Shown here one piece after another: positions 10,780-23,165 of a stretch of 64,000 bases of DNA. The position numbers and the translations under genes were made by a program. Position 1 is the first letter of the stretch. The number at the start of each line of letters is the position of its first letter. The DNA comes from Rhodospirillales bacterium (GTDB lineage: Bacteria; Pseudomonadota; Alphaproteobacteria; Bin95): contig JAYQLI010000035.1 in the NCBI GenBank assembly GCA_038143065.1, forward strand, positions 1,472,894-1,536,893, read 5' to 3'. The notes below the pieces were generated by a model. It did no database searches. It saw only the letters and a program-made list of their open reading frames with translations, and had not been told where the DNA came from.

Positions 10780-10871
10780 TGTTGATACTTCTCCCTGAGA
10801 TACCTGACACCTTCTTCTCTAGAGATAACGCGCTTGATCCAAATATCAAACTATTCTTTTTGAAGGCTCAG

Positions 10872-12265
10872 TCACTGACCGGAAACGATGCGATCGACAA
10901 GCTGCTTTACAGTAGGGATAAAACCGTTCGCGTACCAATCATCTTGACCAAACCGATAAGCATTATGTCCTGCAAACATTAGGTGGTCCTCGGGAGGGTC
11001 TCCATGGGCTATAGCTTGAAGCGTTTTTTGAATACAGAAAGACCTAGGATCAGGCTTCCGACCTGTAGAACCTGCTTCTGTCTGAGACCAATTCGAAAAC
11101 CGGCATTGAGATAGACATCCCATACATCCCACTTGGTCTTTATGAATTTGTCTCGCCTCATCAGAGGTCGTGAACACCATTGTAGAATCTGGCGTACGCA
11201 GACCCTCGCTATATCCAGATGCCATCCAAGCTTCCGCCCGCTGTTTATCTGCCGGGGCAACGTATACCTTTCGGCCACGCGGCCCTACCGCCAGCTCAGC
11301 TACAAGATTCCCCTCGGGATTTAGTGCATAGCTAATCTGCCGTTCAGATCTAGCTTCCAACCCTTCAAGAAATGAATTTCTTACTGCAGAAGAGTAGAAT
11401 CCAGTCGGACTAAATCTTTGTAGAAGGACATCTCCTGATTCAAGAGTTGGCAGCTTCTGCTTCCAAACATCTGGAATTGGGCTTTCCTGGGTAAGAAGAG
11501 GTCGTGTTCCAAATTGAAACGCTACTGGCGCAATATCTGGATCTTCAATCCAGTCTTCCCACTCATCTAACCGCCACACACCTCCAGCCATAACGACGGG
11601 CACATCATTTAGACCCACCGCATTCATAGTCTTTCTAAGTTCTGCCACTCTACCTTTCGGAGACTCTGGATCGGTTGGATCCTCGCTGTTTGAAAGGCCA
11701 TTATGACCACCAGCATGCCAAGGGTCCTCATACACAACTCCACCGAGCCACTCAGAATGGCGATGGTAGGATCTCTTCCAAAGCGCCCTGAAGGCCCGTG
11801 CGGAGGAGACAATCGGGTAGTAGTAAACCCCGAATGATGATGCAATTTCTGCAAGTCTATAGGGCATACCGGCGCCGCAGGTTACGCCGTGGATTAGGCC
11901 TTTCGCCCCTTCCAGAGCACCTTGGAGAACTTGCTCGGCTCCACCCATCTCCCAGAGAACGTTTATATGGATACGGCCGTTACCTCCTGCCGTTTCCCAA
12001 GCAACGCGTGCTTGATGGATTGCTCCACGAATGCCGTATGCAATCAGTTCTTCATGACGATCTTTTCTGGTTCGCCCGTGGTAAATTTGGGGGATGAGTT
12101 CTCCGTTAGGAGAAAAGCTATCGGCGTTTACACCTGAAAAGGTACCAATCCCCCTGCCCTTGCCCAAGCACCAGCACTAGCGCCATTAGTGGCAGACACA
12201 CCTTTCCCGCCTTCGACAAGAGGCAATACTTCAGCGCCGGACATATTCCTCGCCTGTACAATCAT
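10872..12265 (-). CDS. Nitronate monooxygenase-family (NAD(P)H-dependent flavin) oxidoreductase, with a frameshift near 12152
   Basis: Upstream frame VLPLVEGGKGVSATNGASAGAWA joins G(G)IGTFSGVNAD at a G-run. Motifs TCGAGMP, AGGHNG, MAGG, FQFGTR and CMGCLSQC. Confidence 0.8.
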
Positions 12266-12393
12266 GCGCGATATCGTCTCCCAAGCGCAGTGTGGATCAC
12301 ATCATGACCTTAGCCATATTCCCCACGACTTTTTTCAGTACACTCCCCTTACTGCCAAATTTAAATGTGCAGCAGGGAGCTTTTTCAACTATC

Positions 12394-12430
12394 AAAAACT
12401 AGGGCCCTGATATCTTCCTTCAGAGCCCTA
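12394..12430 (-). terminator. Intrinsic terminator after pnp
   Basis: Minus strand TAGGGCTCTGA/TCAGGGCCCTA stem followed by GTTTTT. Confidence 0.8.
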
Positions 12431-12437
12431 TTATTAA

Positions 12438-14558
12438 TTAGTCTTCAGCTTCCTCGATCACGATCTCCTCGCCGGTCTCCTGATCGATATTCTTCATCGA
12501 TAGCCTAACCTTGCCGCGATCATCAAAGCCCAGGCATTTCACTTTAACAATATCGCCCTCATTAACGATATCTGTGACTGCCCTGACCCTTTCTGGGCGC
12601 AGTTCAGATATATGAACCAAGCCGTCACGTGGCCCTAAGAAATTCACAAAGGCGCCAAAATCTAAAACTTTGACTACTTTACCTTCATAAATTCTACCGG
12701 CTTCTGGTTCAGCAACAATCGCCTCGATCATTTGGCGTGCTTTATCCGCAGCTGATGAGTCCACTGACGCTATCTTGATGGTGCCGTCATCTTCAATATC
12801 AACTTTTGCACCTGAGACCTCAACAATTTCACGAATAACCTTGCCGCCTGAGCCAATTACTTCTCGGATCTTGTCTTTGGGCACTGTCATAGTGGTAATC
12901 CGGGGAGCATTGCTCGACACTTCTGCCCGAGCTTGACCCAATCCCTTGTCCATTTCGCCCAAAATATGCTTCCGGCCATCTTTTGCCTGGGCCAAAGCTA
13001 CCTGCATGATTTCCTCAGTGATGGAAGTGATTTTGATATCCATCTGAAGACTGGTGATACCATCTGCGGTACCCGCAACTTTGAAATCCATATCCCCAAG
13101 ATGATCTTCATCACCCAAAATATCTGAGAGAACTGCGAACCGATCGCCTTCTTTAATCAATCCCATAGCGATACCAGCAACCGGCTTCTTTAGGGGCACA
13201 CCGGCATCCATCATAGCCAGGCTGCCACCGCAGACTGTTGCCATGGAGGAAGAACCATTGGACTCAAGAATTTCCGAAACACACCTAATTGTGTATGGAA
13301 AATCCTCATGCTTTGGCAACATCGGCTGGAGTGCGCGCCAGGCCAATTTTCCATGGCCAATTTCACGGCGGCCGGGAGGGCCAATGCGGCCAGTCTCACC
13401 AACAGAAAACGGCGGAAAGTTATAATGCAGCATGAACCGCTCTCGCGTTTCACCCTCAAGACGATCGAGAATCTGTTCGTCAGAGCCCGTTCCCAAAGTA
13501 CAAACAATCAGACCTTGAGTTTCGCCTCGAGTGAATAATGCTGAGCCGTGGCTGCGTGGCAAGACACCAACTTCAGCCACAATTGGACGGACAGTAGCGG
13601 TGTCGCGACCATCAATTCGTAACTTGGTATCAAGAATTGCCCCGCGAACAATATCTTTTTCAAGATCCTTCAAGACATTCTTGGCAAGCCCTTCGTCACC
13701 CTCTTCAGCCACGATTGCGGCAATAGCCTTATCCTTAGCTTCACCCACTGCACTCTGACGGTCTTGTTTTGCAACTATCGCGTAGGCCGATTTCAAATCG
13801 CCTCCAACAAGATTCTCAAGCTTGGAGCGCATTGCTTCCTCGCCATCTGGCTTTTGGGGCTCTGGCCACGCCTCTTTGGCTGCGGCTTCTGCTAAGTCAA
13901 TAATAAGATCGATAACTGGTTGGAAGCCCTTATGACCAAACATCACAGCTTCAAGCATACGTTCTTCAGACAGCTCTTGAGCTTCTGATTCAACCATTAA
14001 GACGCCCTCTTGAGTTCCAGCGACCACCAGATCAAGAGTTGAGGCTTCCATCTGTTCCAAAGTTGGGTTCAACACCAGATTGCCGTCGATCTCACCTACG
14101 CGGGCACCACCGATTGGCCCCATAAATGGCACACCAGAAATCGTGAGAGCAGCTGATGCCGCAATCATGGCAAGGATATCTGGATCATTTTCCATGTCAT
14201 GAGACAGCACTGTTGCTAGCACCTGGGTCTCGCACTTAAAGCCAGGAGCAAAAAGCGGCCTGATTGGACGATCAATAAGTCTGGATGTCAGTGTCTCTTT
14301 CTCAGACGGCCGCGCTTCACGCTTGAAGAACCCACCCGGGATTCTCCCAGCTGCGTATGTCTTTTCTTGGTAATGAACCGTGAGAGGAAAAAAGTCCAAA
14401 CCTGGCCGAGGTGCACGCTCAGCTGTTACTGCGCATAACACTGCGGTTTCACCGAGCGTAGCGAGTACAGCTCCGTTAGCCTGACGCGCCATACGCCCAG
14501 TTTCCAGAACAAGCTTACGCCCGTCCCAATCAATTTCTTTGCGGACAATATTAAACAT
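12438..14558 (-). CDS. pnp: Polyribonucleotide nucleotidyltransferase (PNPase)
   Basis: [50 protein letters not shown], then KH and S1 domains. Confidence 0.98.
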   Translation of the reverse strand: MFNIVRKEIDWDGRKLVLETGRMARQANGAVLATLGETAVLCAVTAERAPRPGLDFFPLTVHYQEKTYAAGRIPGGFFKREARPSEKETLTSRLIDRPIRPLFAPGFKCETQVLATVLSHDMENDPDILAMIAASAALTISGVPFMGPIGGARVGEIDGNLVLNPTLEQMEASTLDLVVAGTQEGVLMVESEAQELSEERMLEAVMFGHKGFQPVIDLIIDLAEAAAKEAWPEPQKPDGEEAMRSKLENLVGGDLKSAYAIVAKQDRQSAVGEAKDKAIAAIVAEEGDEGLAKNVLKDLEKDIVRGAILDTKLRIDGRDTATVRPIVAEVGVLPRSHGSALFTRGETQGLIVCTLGTGSDEQILDRLEGETRERFMLHYNFPPFSVGETGRIGPPGRREIGHGKLAWRALQPMLPKHEDFPYTIRCVSEILESNGSSSMATVCGGSLAMMDAGVPLKKPVAGIAMGLIKEGDRFAVLSDILGDEDHLGDMDFKVAGTADGITSLQMDIKITSITEEIMQVALAQAKDGRKHILGEMDKGLGQARAEVSSNAPRITTMTVPKDKIREVIGSGGKVIREIVEVSGAKVDIEDDGTIKIASVDSSAADKARQMIEAIVAEPEAGRIYEGKVVKVLDFGAFVNFLGPRDGLVHISELRPERVRAVTDIVNEGDIVKVKCLGFDDRGKVRLSMKNIDQETGEEIVIEEAED

Positions 14559-14694
14559 AACTCAACATCCTTCCCACGAAGCACGACCCTGGCCATTCAT
14601 GCACTTCGGAATTTGTGTGGCACCCGTGGTGCCAACTATCAGTTTAGGCCATTTTTAGGCCATTTCAGGGTGCGATCATCGCAGCCTGAAATCA

Positions 14695-14964
14695 CTAGCG
14701 GCGGAGGCCCAAACGCTTAATCACATCTTGATAGCGGGCATCATCCTTCCGACGGAGATAATCAAGCAACCGTCGACGTTGGCCAACCATAACTAATAAG
14801 CCCCTGCGAGAATGCAGGTCCTTTTTATGGTCTTGCATGTGATCTGTAAGATTACGGATCCGCTCAGTCAGGATAGCAACCTGCACTTCTGGTGCACCTG
14901 TGTCACCTTCGCTTTTTCCATATTCTTTAACTAATTCTTCAGTTCTTTCTTTGGTGATCGACAT
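14695..14964 (-). CDS. rpsO: 30S ribosomal protein S15
   Basis: [16 protein letters not shown]...[12 protein letters not shown]...RLGLRR. Confidence 0.98.
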   Translation of the reverse strand: MSITKERTEELVKEYGKSEGDTGAPEVQVAILTERIRNLTDHMQDHKKDLHSRRGLLVMVGQRRRLLDYLRRKDDARYQDVIKRLGLRR

Positions 14965-14981
14965 CGATCCATTCCTATTCG

Positions 14982-15914
14982 TTAAGAGTTAAGAACACGC
15001 TCTGGTTTCAATTCGTTCGCCTCAATTCGCGCAATAGCTACTAGTTCACCATGCGCTTCGACGCGGAGTTGGCAACCCTTTGGTAGGGCCGCAACACGAT
15101 CGAGATCTCCTTTGCGTAAAAGACGGACAGATCGCCCATTGCGAATGTCCGTTGCTTCACTGTCGGAAACGGCCAGCGCCGGGATGTCGTCCAGCGCGGT
15201 CTTAACCGGCAGCACCGCCGGGCAAACATCGTCGATGCGCCCGAGGGAAGTCAAGTATTCGAGTTCATGGGCTTGGTCGAGGTTAAATGGACCAACCCGC
15301 GTGCGACGCAAAGCCGCTATATGACCAAGACACCCTAGAGCAACGCCCAAATCGCGAGCTAGGCCGCGCATATACGCTCCCTTTCCGCTTTCAACATCAA
15401 ATACAGCGGAGTCAGCATCTAACATGTCTACTAAATCAAATTTATAAATTTGAATTTCGCGAGCCTTTAATTCGAAATTTTCATTCCCACGGGCAAGATC
15501 ATAAGCACGGGCCCCCTAAACCTTTATAGCTGAATAACGCGGAGGGATTTGCATGATAGCACCACGAAATTGCTCCAAAACCTTTAGTATCTCTTCACGA
15601 GATGGTCTTAAGTCGGAGGTTTCAACTTGATCGCCTTCTGCATCGTCTGTTGTCGTTGCGATACCCCATCGCACGGTGAAACGATATGATTTCCTGCCGT
15701 CCATAGCATAGGGTACGGTTTTGGTCGCAGAGCCAAGTGCAATGGGCAAAACACCAGTAGCAAGCGGGTCTAGCGTGCCACCATGTCCGCATTTCGCGCC
15801 TAAACTTATACGCTTTATCGCATTTGAAACCGCTGTAGACGTCATACCGGAAGGTTTATCAATGACTAACCACCCATTGGGAGCATCTGGCGCGGGCTTC
15901 CGCCTTCTACGCGC
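14982..15914 (-). CDS. truB: tRNA pseudouridine(55) synthase, interrupted by an in-frame TAG at 15516-15518
   Basis: [54 protein letters not shown] and LRRTRVGPF all lie in one frame. Confidence 0.92.
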
Positions 15915-16319
15915 CATCAGGATTAACCTCACTCACATCATCGTTCGATAGCTTTCTCAACACATGGCTAATACGCTGACTTTGATCAAAAGCTTTATCA
16001 GCTACAAAACGCAAATCAGGAGTAAATTTAGCCTCAATCATCCGACCGAGCTCGGCGCGCAAATATCCACGCGCGCGCTTCAGCGCTGCAACGATATCAT
16101 CAGCTTCACCACCCCCTAGAGGTGTTACAAAAACAGTGGCACTCCGAAGATCTGGGCTAGGCCTTACCTCGGTCACAGTGATTGCCTGCCCTGACAACGC
16201 AGGATCACGAAGATCGCCACGAGCAATAATTTCAGAGAGAGCGTGGCGCACTACCTCGCCCATTCTTAATGCGCGCTGAGTAGGGCGCTCCCGCGCCTAG
16301 TTTGAGACCGTGCTGACAT
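15907..16319 (-). CDS. rbfA: 30S ribosome-binding factor A, with an apparent frameshift near 16291
   Basis: [17 protein letters not shown]...[19 protein letters not shown]...[11 protein letters not shown] 16319 reaches this frame by adding one G. Confidence 0.93.
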
Positions 16320-16331
16320 AAGACCGGTCGA

Positions 16332-19072
16332 TTAAAGAACTCGAGCGACTTCTTCGACCTCGTAACATTCTATCACGTCACCTTCTTTGATGTCCTGATA
16401 GTTTTCGAAGCCCATTCCACACTCAAAGCCTTCTCGAACTTCTCTGACTTCCTCCTTGAAGCGCTTCAAAGTCCCAAGTTTTCCTTCGTGTATGACCACG
16501 TTATCTCGAAGCAATCGAACACCTGCCCCGCGCTTAACGATACCGTCTATAATCCTACAGCCTGCTACCTTGCCGACTTTCGTAATATTAAATACTTCGC
16601 GGATCTCTGCGTTACCGATGAATTTCTCTCGCTGTTCTGGTGCCAACAAGCCCTCGACAGCCGCTTTCATATCATCCAGAAGTTCATAGATAATTGAGTA
16701 GTAGCGGATATCAACACCATCTTGCTGAGCTTGATTCCTAGCTGATGCTGCCGCACGAACATTGAAACCAACCAGGAAGCCGCCGGATGACGAAGCAAGC
16801 GTTACATCGGATTCACTGATTGCACCGACGCCAGAGTGCAGGACGCGAATTGAAACTTCATCGTTCTGGAATTTTTCAAGAGAAGCAACAATCGCCTCCA
16901 AACTACCCTGAACGTCTGCTTTAACGACCACAGGAAGCTCTTTACTCTCCCCAGAGGCAATCCGACCGAACATTTCGTTAATTGTTCCACGAGGCGCAGT
17001 TGCAGTGCGCTTGTTTCGTTCGGTCCTTTGTCGATACTCGCTGACTTCACGGGCTCGAGCATCGTTATCCACGACAACAACTTCGTCACCCGCCATCGGA
17101 ACACCGGACAGTCCAAGAACCTCCACAGGTGTCGACGGTCCAGCTTCATCTACTTGTTCGCCGCGCTCATTCAGCATTGCGCGAACACGACCCCATTCTG
17201 CGCCCGCAACCATCACATCTCCCCGTCGGAGAGTTCCGGACTGCACTAATACCGTGGCAACAGAACCACGTCCGCGGTCAAGTTGAGCTTCAATTACAGC
17301 ACCGCGGGCCTCACGAGCTGGATTAGCTTTAAGCTCCATAACCTCAGCCTGGAGTGCAATGGCCTCAAGTAGATCATCCAGACCTTGCCCAGTTGAGGCT
17401 GATACAGGCACCATTTGAACATCGCCACCAAAGTCCTCAGCGACAATCTCGTGGGTCAACAATCCCTGTTTTGCGATATTGGGATCGGCATCCGGTTTAT
17501 CTATTTTATTTATTGCCACAATCATCGGCGCTTCCGCAGCCTTTGCATGATTGATAGCCTCAACTGGCTGTGGCTGCACCCCATCATCGGCGGCTACGAC
17601 CAACACAACGATATCTGTAACCTTGGCACCACGCTGCCGCATAGACGAGAACGCTGCGTGGCCCGGTGTATCAAGGAAGGTAAGTATCGCGCCATTTACA
17701 TCGACTTGATAAGCGCCGATGTGTTGCGTGATACCCCCAGCTTCTCCCTCAGTTACCTTCGTCTTACGGATTGCGTCCAATAGAGAAGTTTTGCCGTGAT
17801 CAACATGCCCCATGATTGTGATTACTGGGGGACGCCCGACCAGATCCTCATCAGAATCCGCAGCAGCATCTAGTCCTATCTCAACGTCCGACTCGGACAC
17901 TCGTCGCACACGGTGGCCAAATTCACCAATCACAAGCTCAGCTGTGTCAGCGTCTATTGTCTGATTAGCAGTTGCCATGACACCAAGCTGCATCATCTTT
18001 TTAACAACTTCTACAGTACGCACAGCCATTCTGTTTGCGAGCTCACTAACAACAATGACTTCAGGCAACACCACTTCGCGAACTATCGAACCACCATCAT
18101 TAGTCGATCGATCTTGACGCTGTTGACGCTCACGTTCCCGCGCGCGACGGACAGAAGCTAGACTTCGAGTTCTCTCTTCCGCCACCTCATCGTCGAGCGC
18201 TTGTGAAATTGTAAGCTTGCCTGTACGGCGTCGGGATTCACCGCCACGTTCACGACGAGGGGTACGACGCTCTTCTTCAACTGGCCTTGTACGACGACGA
18301 TCGTCATCGCGTGAAGGTTTACCTTCACCAGGTAGATCTAAAGGAATGACCGGATCAACGTCGCTTTGGCGACGAGGAGGTGGACGATTTTGTCCGCCAC
18401 GAGCGGGCGCAGCGCCACCGCGACCTGGACCAGCAGCACCAGGACGGCCAGGCGCAGCACCAGAACGGCGACCTTCACCTTGCCCCCAGAACGACGTCCT
18501 TCAGGGCGCCGAGATGGCGCCGTGGCCTGGGCTCGTTCTGCAGCCTCACGCTGAGCAGCGGCGAGTTTCTCTCGCTCCTCTTCCTCTGCTCGCTTGAGCT
18601 CAAGAAGTTCCCGTTCCTCAGGTGATAATTCAGGTTCTGGGGGTTTCTCAGGCACCTCTACCTGCGTTGGCTCCTGAACTACCTCACTATCGGCAGCTGT
18701 GGCCGTGACGGCCTCTGCCTCATCTGCTTCAGGCTCAGATTGCTCGACAGCAACTGGCTTTGGCGCGGGGCGTGGACGAGGTGGCGGTGCAGGGGGAGCG
18801 GCAGGACGCGACGCGCCCGATTGCAAAGCTTGCAGAGCTTTGAGACGCGCTGCCTTTTCCGTTTCACTTAGGCCACCGGCAGCTTCCTGGTTGCCGCTAT
18901 CTCTCGAAGGGGCACGCGTCTTTTTCACCTCTACCGTAACGGTTTTGGTTCGACCACGCGTAAATTTCTGCTGCACCTGGCCAGCATCTACGGTCTTTTT
19001 GAGACCTAGAGTACCTTTTGGTTGCAGGCGAAGTTTGCCTGGTTTACGTTCGACAGTTTCATCTTCGCTCAT
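16332..19072 (-). CDS. infB: Translation initiation factor IF-2, with a frameshift near 18485
   Basis: N-terminal [21 protein letters not shown], a G/P/R-rich linker, and the G-domain [17 protein letters not shown]. The two ORFs join at a G-run. Confidence 0.97.
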
Positions 19073-19734
19073 GTTTTTGAGCCCTCACCCTTCGGGGTCG
19101 TCGCGGCACCGTCATCTATCGGTACGGAAAGGCCGCGGCGCCGCGCCGCCTCCCGCAATAACATGTCGGAGAATTTACCTCGCGTCACGAGTGCATTCAC
19201 AACCTGATCGCGCCCAAAAGCACGACCCAGATTGCTCCCCGACAAAATATCTATCACTGGCACACCTCTAGCTAACCGCTCGAGCCTTATACGCGATGCT
19301 GGTGCAGCATCAGAAGCTACAACTACTGCTCCTATAACACGGTTACGAGCAAACTCACGAGCCTGCTCCCAGCCAATGCCAACCTGACCAGCTCCACGCG
19401 CTATCCCAAGCAGCCCTAAGATACGGTCGTCCAACAGGCAAATCGTATCATCCAGCAAACCTGAAGGAATGTTGATATCAGCTTTGAAGCCAGCCTTAAA
19501 GCGTCCAGCAACTGCTTTGCAAAAAATTGTATGATCGGGCGTTACCCATACACCCCGTCCCGGGAGACGTTCAGCTACATCTGGAGTAACTCGACCCTCT
19601 GGATCGAGCACATATCGAAGAAGTTCTGCACGTGGGCGCTTGGAGCGTGTGACAACGCAACGACGCAACCCATCGTCTCGAGCCGGCTTATGCGCCACTC
19701 CATCGCCAGTGATGTTTTCAACCGCTTCAGCCAT
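19069..19734 (-). CDS. YlxR/DUF448 RNA-binding protein fused to an L7Ae-like domain
   Basis: RRCVVTR...LLRYV...PD..ERLPGRGVWV, then an L7Ae-like LGIARGAG...ASDAA...LGRAFGR. Lies between nusA and infB. Confidence 0.85.
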   Translation of the reverse strand: MAEAVENITGDGVAHKPARDDGLRRCVVTRSKRPRAELLRYVLDPEGRVTPDVAERLPGRGVWVTPDHTIFCKAVAGRFKAGFKADINIPSGLLDDTICLLDDRILGLLGIARGAGQVGIGWEQAREFARNRVIGAVVVASDAAPASRIRLERLARGVPVIDILSGSNLGRAFGRDQVVNALVTRGKFSDMLLREAARRRGLSVPIDDGAATTPKGEGSKT

Positions 19735-19768
19735 TTCGGCTCCGCATCCCCAGTCCGAATTGGCCGGC

Positions 19769-21386
19769 TCACGCCGGCACATCCTTATCCTCAGAAGCTT
19801 CACCTTCTGAGTCATCAAACCACTCCGCCCGCAGTGCCATGATCAACCCATCTGCTTCTTCTGCAGAGAATGGGCTTCCTTCGATACCTGTTTTGAGAGC
19901 TTCTTCATCCAAAGTAGCAATGTCGTCTACTGTTGCCACTGCAACATCAGGGTTTGTCATATAACGGAACTCATCGCTGGCGAGGTCGGCCAAATCATCA
20001 AGAGAAAGAACCCCACACTCACCAAGTCTTACTAGCTGAGAAAGCTCTAATCCTTCGATTTGGTCCATATCGTCGGAAATGCCCAGTTCAGCTCTGCGCT
20101 TTTCCAACTTCTCTTGCTCAGTTTTAACAAACTCTTCAGCGCGGCGACGCAACTCTTCGGCAATATCACCATCAAAACCTTCAATTGCCTGAAGTTCTTC
20201 GATTGGAACGTAAGCAACCTCTTCAATAGAAGTGAAGCCCTCAACCACTAGAAGATTAGCAATGACTTCATCCACATCCAGAGCTTCGATGAAGGTCTTA
20301 GAACGCTGCCGCGCTTCTTCCTGCCTGCGCTCCGACTCTTCTTCCTCAGTCAAGATGTCGATCGACCAGCCACTAAGCTGACTCGCGAGCCGCACATTTT
20401 GGCCTCTACGCCCAATAGCAAGGGATAATTGATCGATCAGGCACAACAACGTCTATCCGACCCGGATCTTCATCGATAACGTTCTTGGCAACCTCAGCAG
20501 GTGCCAGGGCGTTGACAACAAAAGTGGCAGGCTCCTCTGACCAAGGAATGATATCGATACGCTCTCCCTGAAGCTCAGCAACAACCGCCTGCACCCTGCT
20601 GCCCCGCATGCCAACGCATGCTCCAACAGGGTCGATGGAAGCATCATTGCTAATGACACCTATCTTCGCCCGACTTCCTGGATCCCGGGCCGCGGCGCGT
20701 ATTTCAATGATTCCATCGTAAATTTCTGGAACCTCTTGAGCGAATAGCGATACTAAAAATTCTGGACGGGTCCGAGATAAAAATATCTGCGGGCCTCGGG
20801 TCTCTTCGCGCACATCATAGATTATCGCACGCACCCGGTCGTTTCGGCGAAAATGTTCACGCGGCAACAATTCATCTCGACGGATAATAGCCTCAGCACG
20901 CCCCAAATCGACAATAACGTTTCCGAATTCAAGTCTTTTGACGACACCATTAACAACTTCGCCAACACGACCTGAGTATTCCGCATACTGCACTGCTCGC
21001 TCGGCTTCACGAACACGCTGGACGATTACTTGCTTTGCTGTTTGGGCAGAGACGCGACCAAAATCAATCGGCGGCAGCTCATCAATCAAAACATCCCCAA
21101 CTACTGCTCCAGCCTTAAAGCGCTGAGCGGCTTTTACTGGAATCTGAGCAAACTCGTTATCGATTTCCGCATCGTCGGCTACGACCTCTCTGTAGCGAGC
21201 CAGGGTAACTTCCCCCGTCTTCCGATCTACCTCTGCCCGGATGTCATGCTCCATCCCGTACTTGGTACGACCAGCTTTTTGAATAGCCTGCTCCATCGCA
21301 TCGAAAACTTCTTCTCGATTGATGCCTTTTTCACGCGCCGCTGTATCGGCGACTTGCAACAATTCCCCACCAAACAAATGAGCCAT
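19769..21386 (-). CDS. nusA: Transcription termination/antitermination factor NusA, with a frameshift near 20435
   Basis: FGRVSAQTAKQVI, S1 domain, ARDPGSRAK, DPVGACVGMRGSR and DQLSLAIGRRGQNVRLAS, with acidic C-terminal repeats. Confidence 0.97.
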
Positions 21387-21392
21387 GTCGTT

Positions 21393-21911
21393 TTAACCTT
21401 TGTCGCTATTTGCCGCTTCAGCCGCAGACTTCTTTGCATGGTCAGCTAGAAGTGCGTCCGTCAACAACAATTTTGCTCTTCGAACGTAAGAAAACGGCAA
21501 ATGAAATTGCTCTGTTCCCTCACCAATTACAATATGACCGTCAGCATCTAAACCACCGAGCTTTCCTTTGAACCGGCGTTGACCCTGCTGAGGTTCGGAA
21601 AGTTCAATCCGCGCATCGAATCCACTAAATTTTTCAAAATCCTCTAACCGAACTAACGGACGATCTACCCCAGGTGACGAAACTTCCAGTGTGTAAGCTC
21701 CACCAATTGGATCTGCCACATCAAGAACAGCTGAGATCGCCCTACTCAAGTTAGCGCAGTGCTCCACCGTCATTGATCCACCCTCAGAGGGTTCCGCCAT
21801 TACCTGCAGCACAGGTCGAACCGTGCCTGTCATCTGGACACGCACTAATCGAAAACCCATATCTTCAACCGTGGGCTCAATGGCAGATGTTATACGGCAG
21901 TTCGCAACCAT
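21393..21911 (-). CDS. rimP: Ribosome maturation factor RimP
   Basis: GFRLVRV...LQVMAE...C..LSR.IS.VLDV.DPI...YTLEVSSPGVDRPL. Start ATG 21911. Confidence 0.95.
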   Translation of the reverse strand: MVANCRITSAIEPTVEDMGFRLVRVQMTGTVRPVLQVMAEPSEGGSMTVEHCANLSRAISAVLDVADPIGGAYTLEVSSPGVDRPLVRLEDFEKFSGFDARIELSEPQQGQRRFKGKLGGLDADGHIVIGEGTEQFHLPFSYVRRAKLLLTDALLADHAKKSAAEAANSDKG

Positions 21912-21945
21912 GCGCTTCCCAACTAAAAAAACAGACCCTGATAAC

Positions 21946-21972
21946 AAAAACGGCGGGCTCAAGGGCCCACCG
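21946..21972 (-). promoter_or_regulatory. rimP-leader transcription attenuator (premature terminator)
   Basis: Minus strand CGGTGGGC-CCTTGA-GCCCGCCG then TTTTT, about 35 nt upstream of the rimP start. It carries the GGGC...GCCC core of the described rimP leader. Confidence 0.75.
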
Positions 21973-22092
21973 CCATCAAAAACCGATGTCGATTTGCTTG
22001 TCGTAAAGACACTCCGCTGTGGTATATACACAAGAACCACACCTGGCAAGCAAATCTGCCTCCGTTGAACCACGATACAGCGATAACTTTGA

Positions 22093-23165
22093 ATGAGCCT
22101 ATCGAAGTCAGTCAGCATCGCCGAATTAAATGCTCGTTCCCGAGATATATTTAGGACGATTGTAGATGCTTTTTTAGAACAGGGTGAACCAGTCGGCTCG
22201 CGCACTATCTCGCGCCGTCTCGAAACTCAGCTTTCGCCTGCGACTATCCGAAACGTCATGGCCGATCTGCAGGAATTAGGGCTTCTACACGCTCCGCATA
22301 ACTCTGCAGGCCGCTTGCCCACTGACGCAGGCTTAAGATTATTTGTCGACGGCTTAATGCAGGTTGGAGATATAAGCGAACAAGAAAGGTCAGAGATTGA
22401 GGGTCACATTGGTGGCTCTGGCTTGACTATGAACCAAGCTCTAGAGCAAGCCAGCACCGCACTTGCAGGTCTATCTAGTCATGTTGGTCTAGTACTTGCT
22501 CCTAAAACAAATTCCGCCGTCACACATCTCGAATTTGTGCCATTAGGCGATGGTCGAGCCTTAGTGGTGATGGTTGATACCACAGGACAAGTTGAGAATA
22601 GAGTTATCGATCTTCCAATGGGTTTACCTGCATCTGCTCTGACAGAAGCATCTAATTATATGCGTGCTAGATTAGCTGGAAAAACTTTAGACCACGCCCG
22701 TAAAGACATCATTCAAGAACTAGCCGACCATCGGGCTCAACTTGATGAATTGACTAGTAGCGTTATCGAAGGCGGACTGGCCGTTTGGTCTGGAGGAGAA
22801 AAGGGCTCCCTTATTGTTAAAGGACAAGCGAGGCTTCTCGATGATGTTGCCGCGGTACAAGATCTTGATAGGATTCGGGGCCTTTTCGATGCATTAGAAC
22901 GCAAAGAAACCATGCTTCGTCTGATGGATGCGGCAGACGATGGAGATGGCGTACAAATATTTATCGGGGCAGAGAATGCTTTATTCAATCACTCTGGTTG
23001 GTCCATGGTATTGGCCCTTATGGGGGGCCCAATGCAAAAGTTCTTGGTGCAATTGGCGTTGTAGGACCAACAAGATTGAATTATGCCCGTATAATTCCCA
23101 TGGTGGATTACACTGCCCGTGTTATTGGGCGCATGTTGAACGGAAAATCGGAGCAAGGAAGTTGA
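22093..23165 (+). CDS. hrcA: Heat-inducible transcription repressor HrcA, with a frameshift near 23016
   Basis: [22 protein letters not shown] and [10 protein letters not shown]. The C-terminal [24 protein letters not shown] is in the shifted frame, ending TGA 23165. Confidence 0.95.

Noticed and set aside
15516-15518. Genome-wide TAG reassignment or pyrrolysine
   Set aside because: TAG terminates several genes at their expected ends, and no pyl genes or suppressor tRNA are visible.
18217-19271. Plus-strand Pro/Gly/Arg-rich ORFs (18217-18597 and 18699-19271)
   Set aside because: Antisense shadows of the low-complexity IF-2 N-terminal linker.
16332-21386. Pseudogenes or programmed frameshifting in infB, nusA and rbfA
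   Set aside because: These are essential or core genes with otherwise intact sequence, and the same indel pattern occurs window-wide. Sequencing error is simpler.
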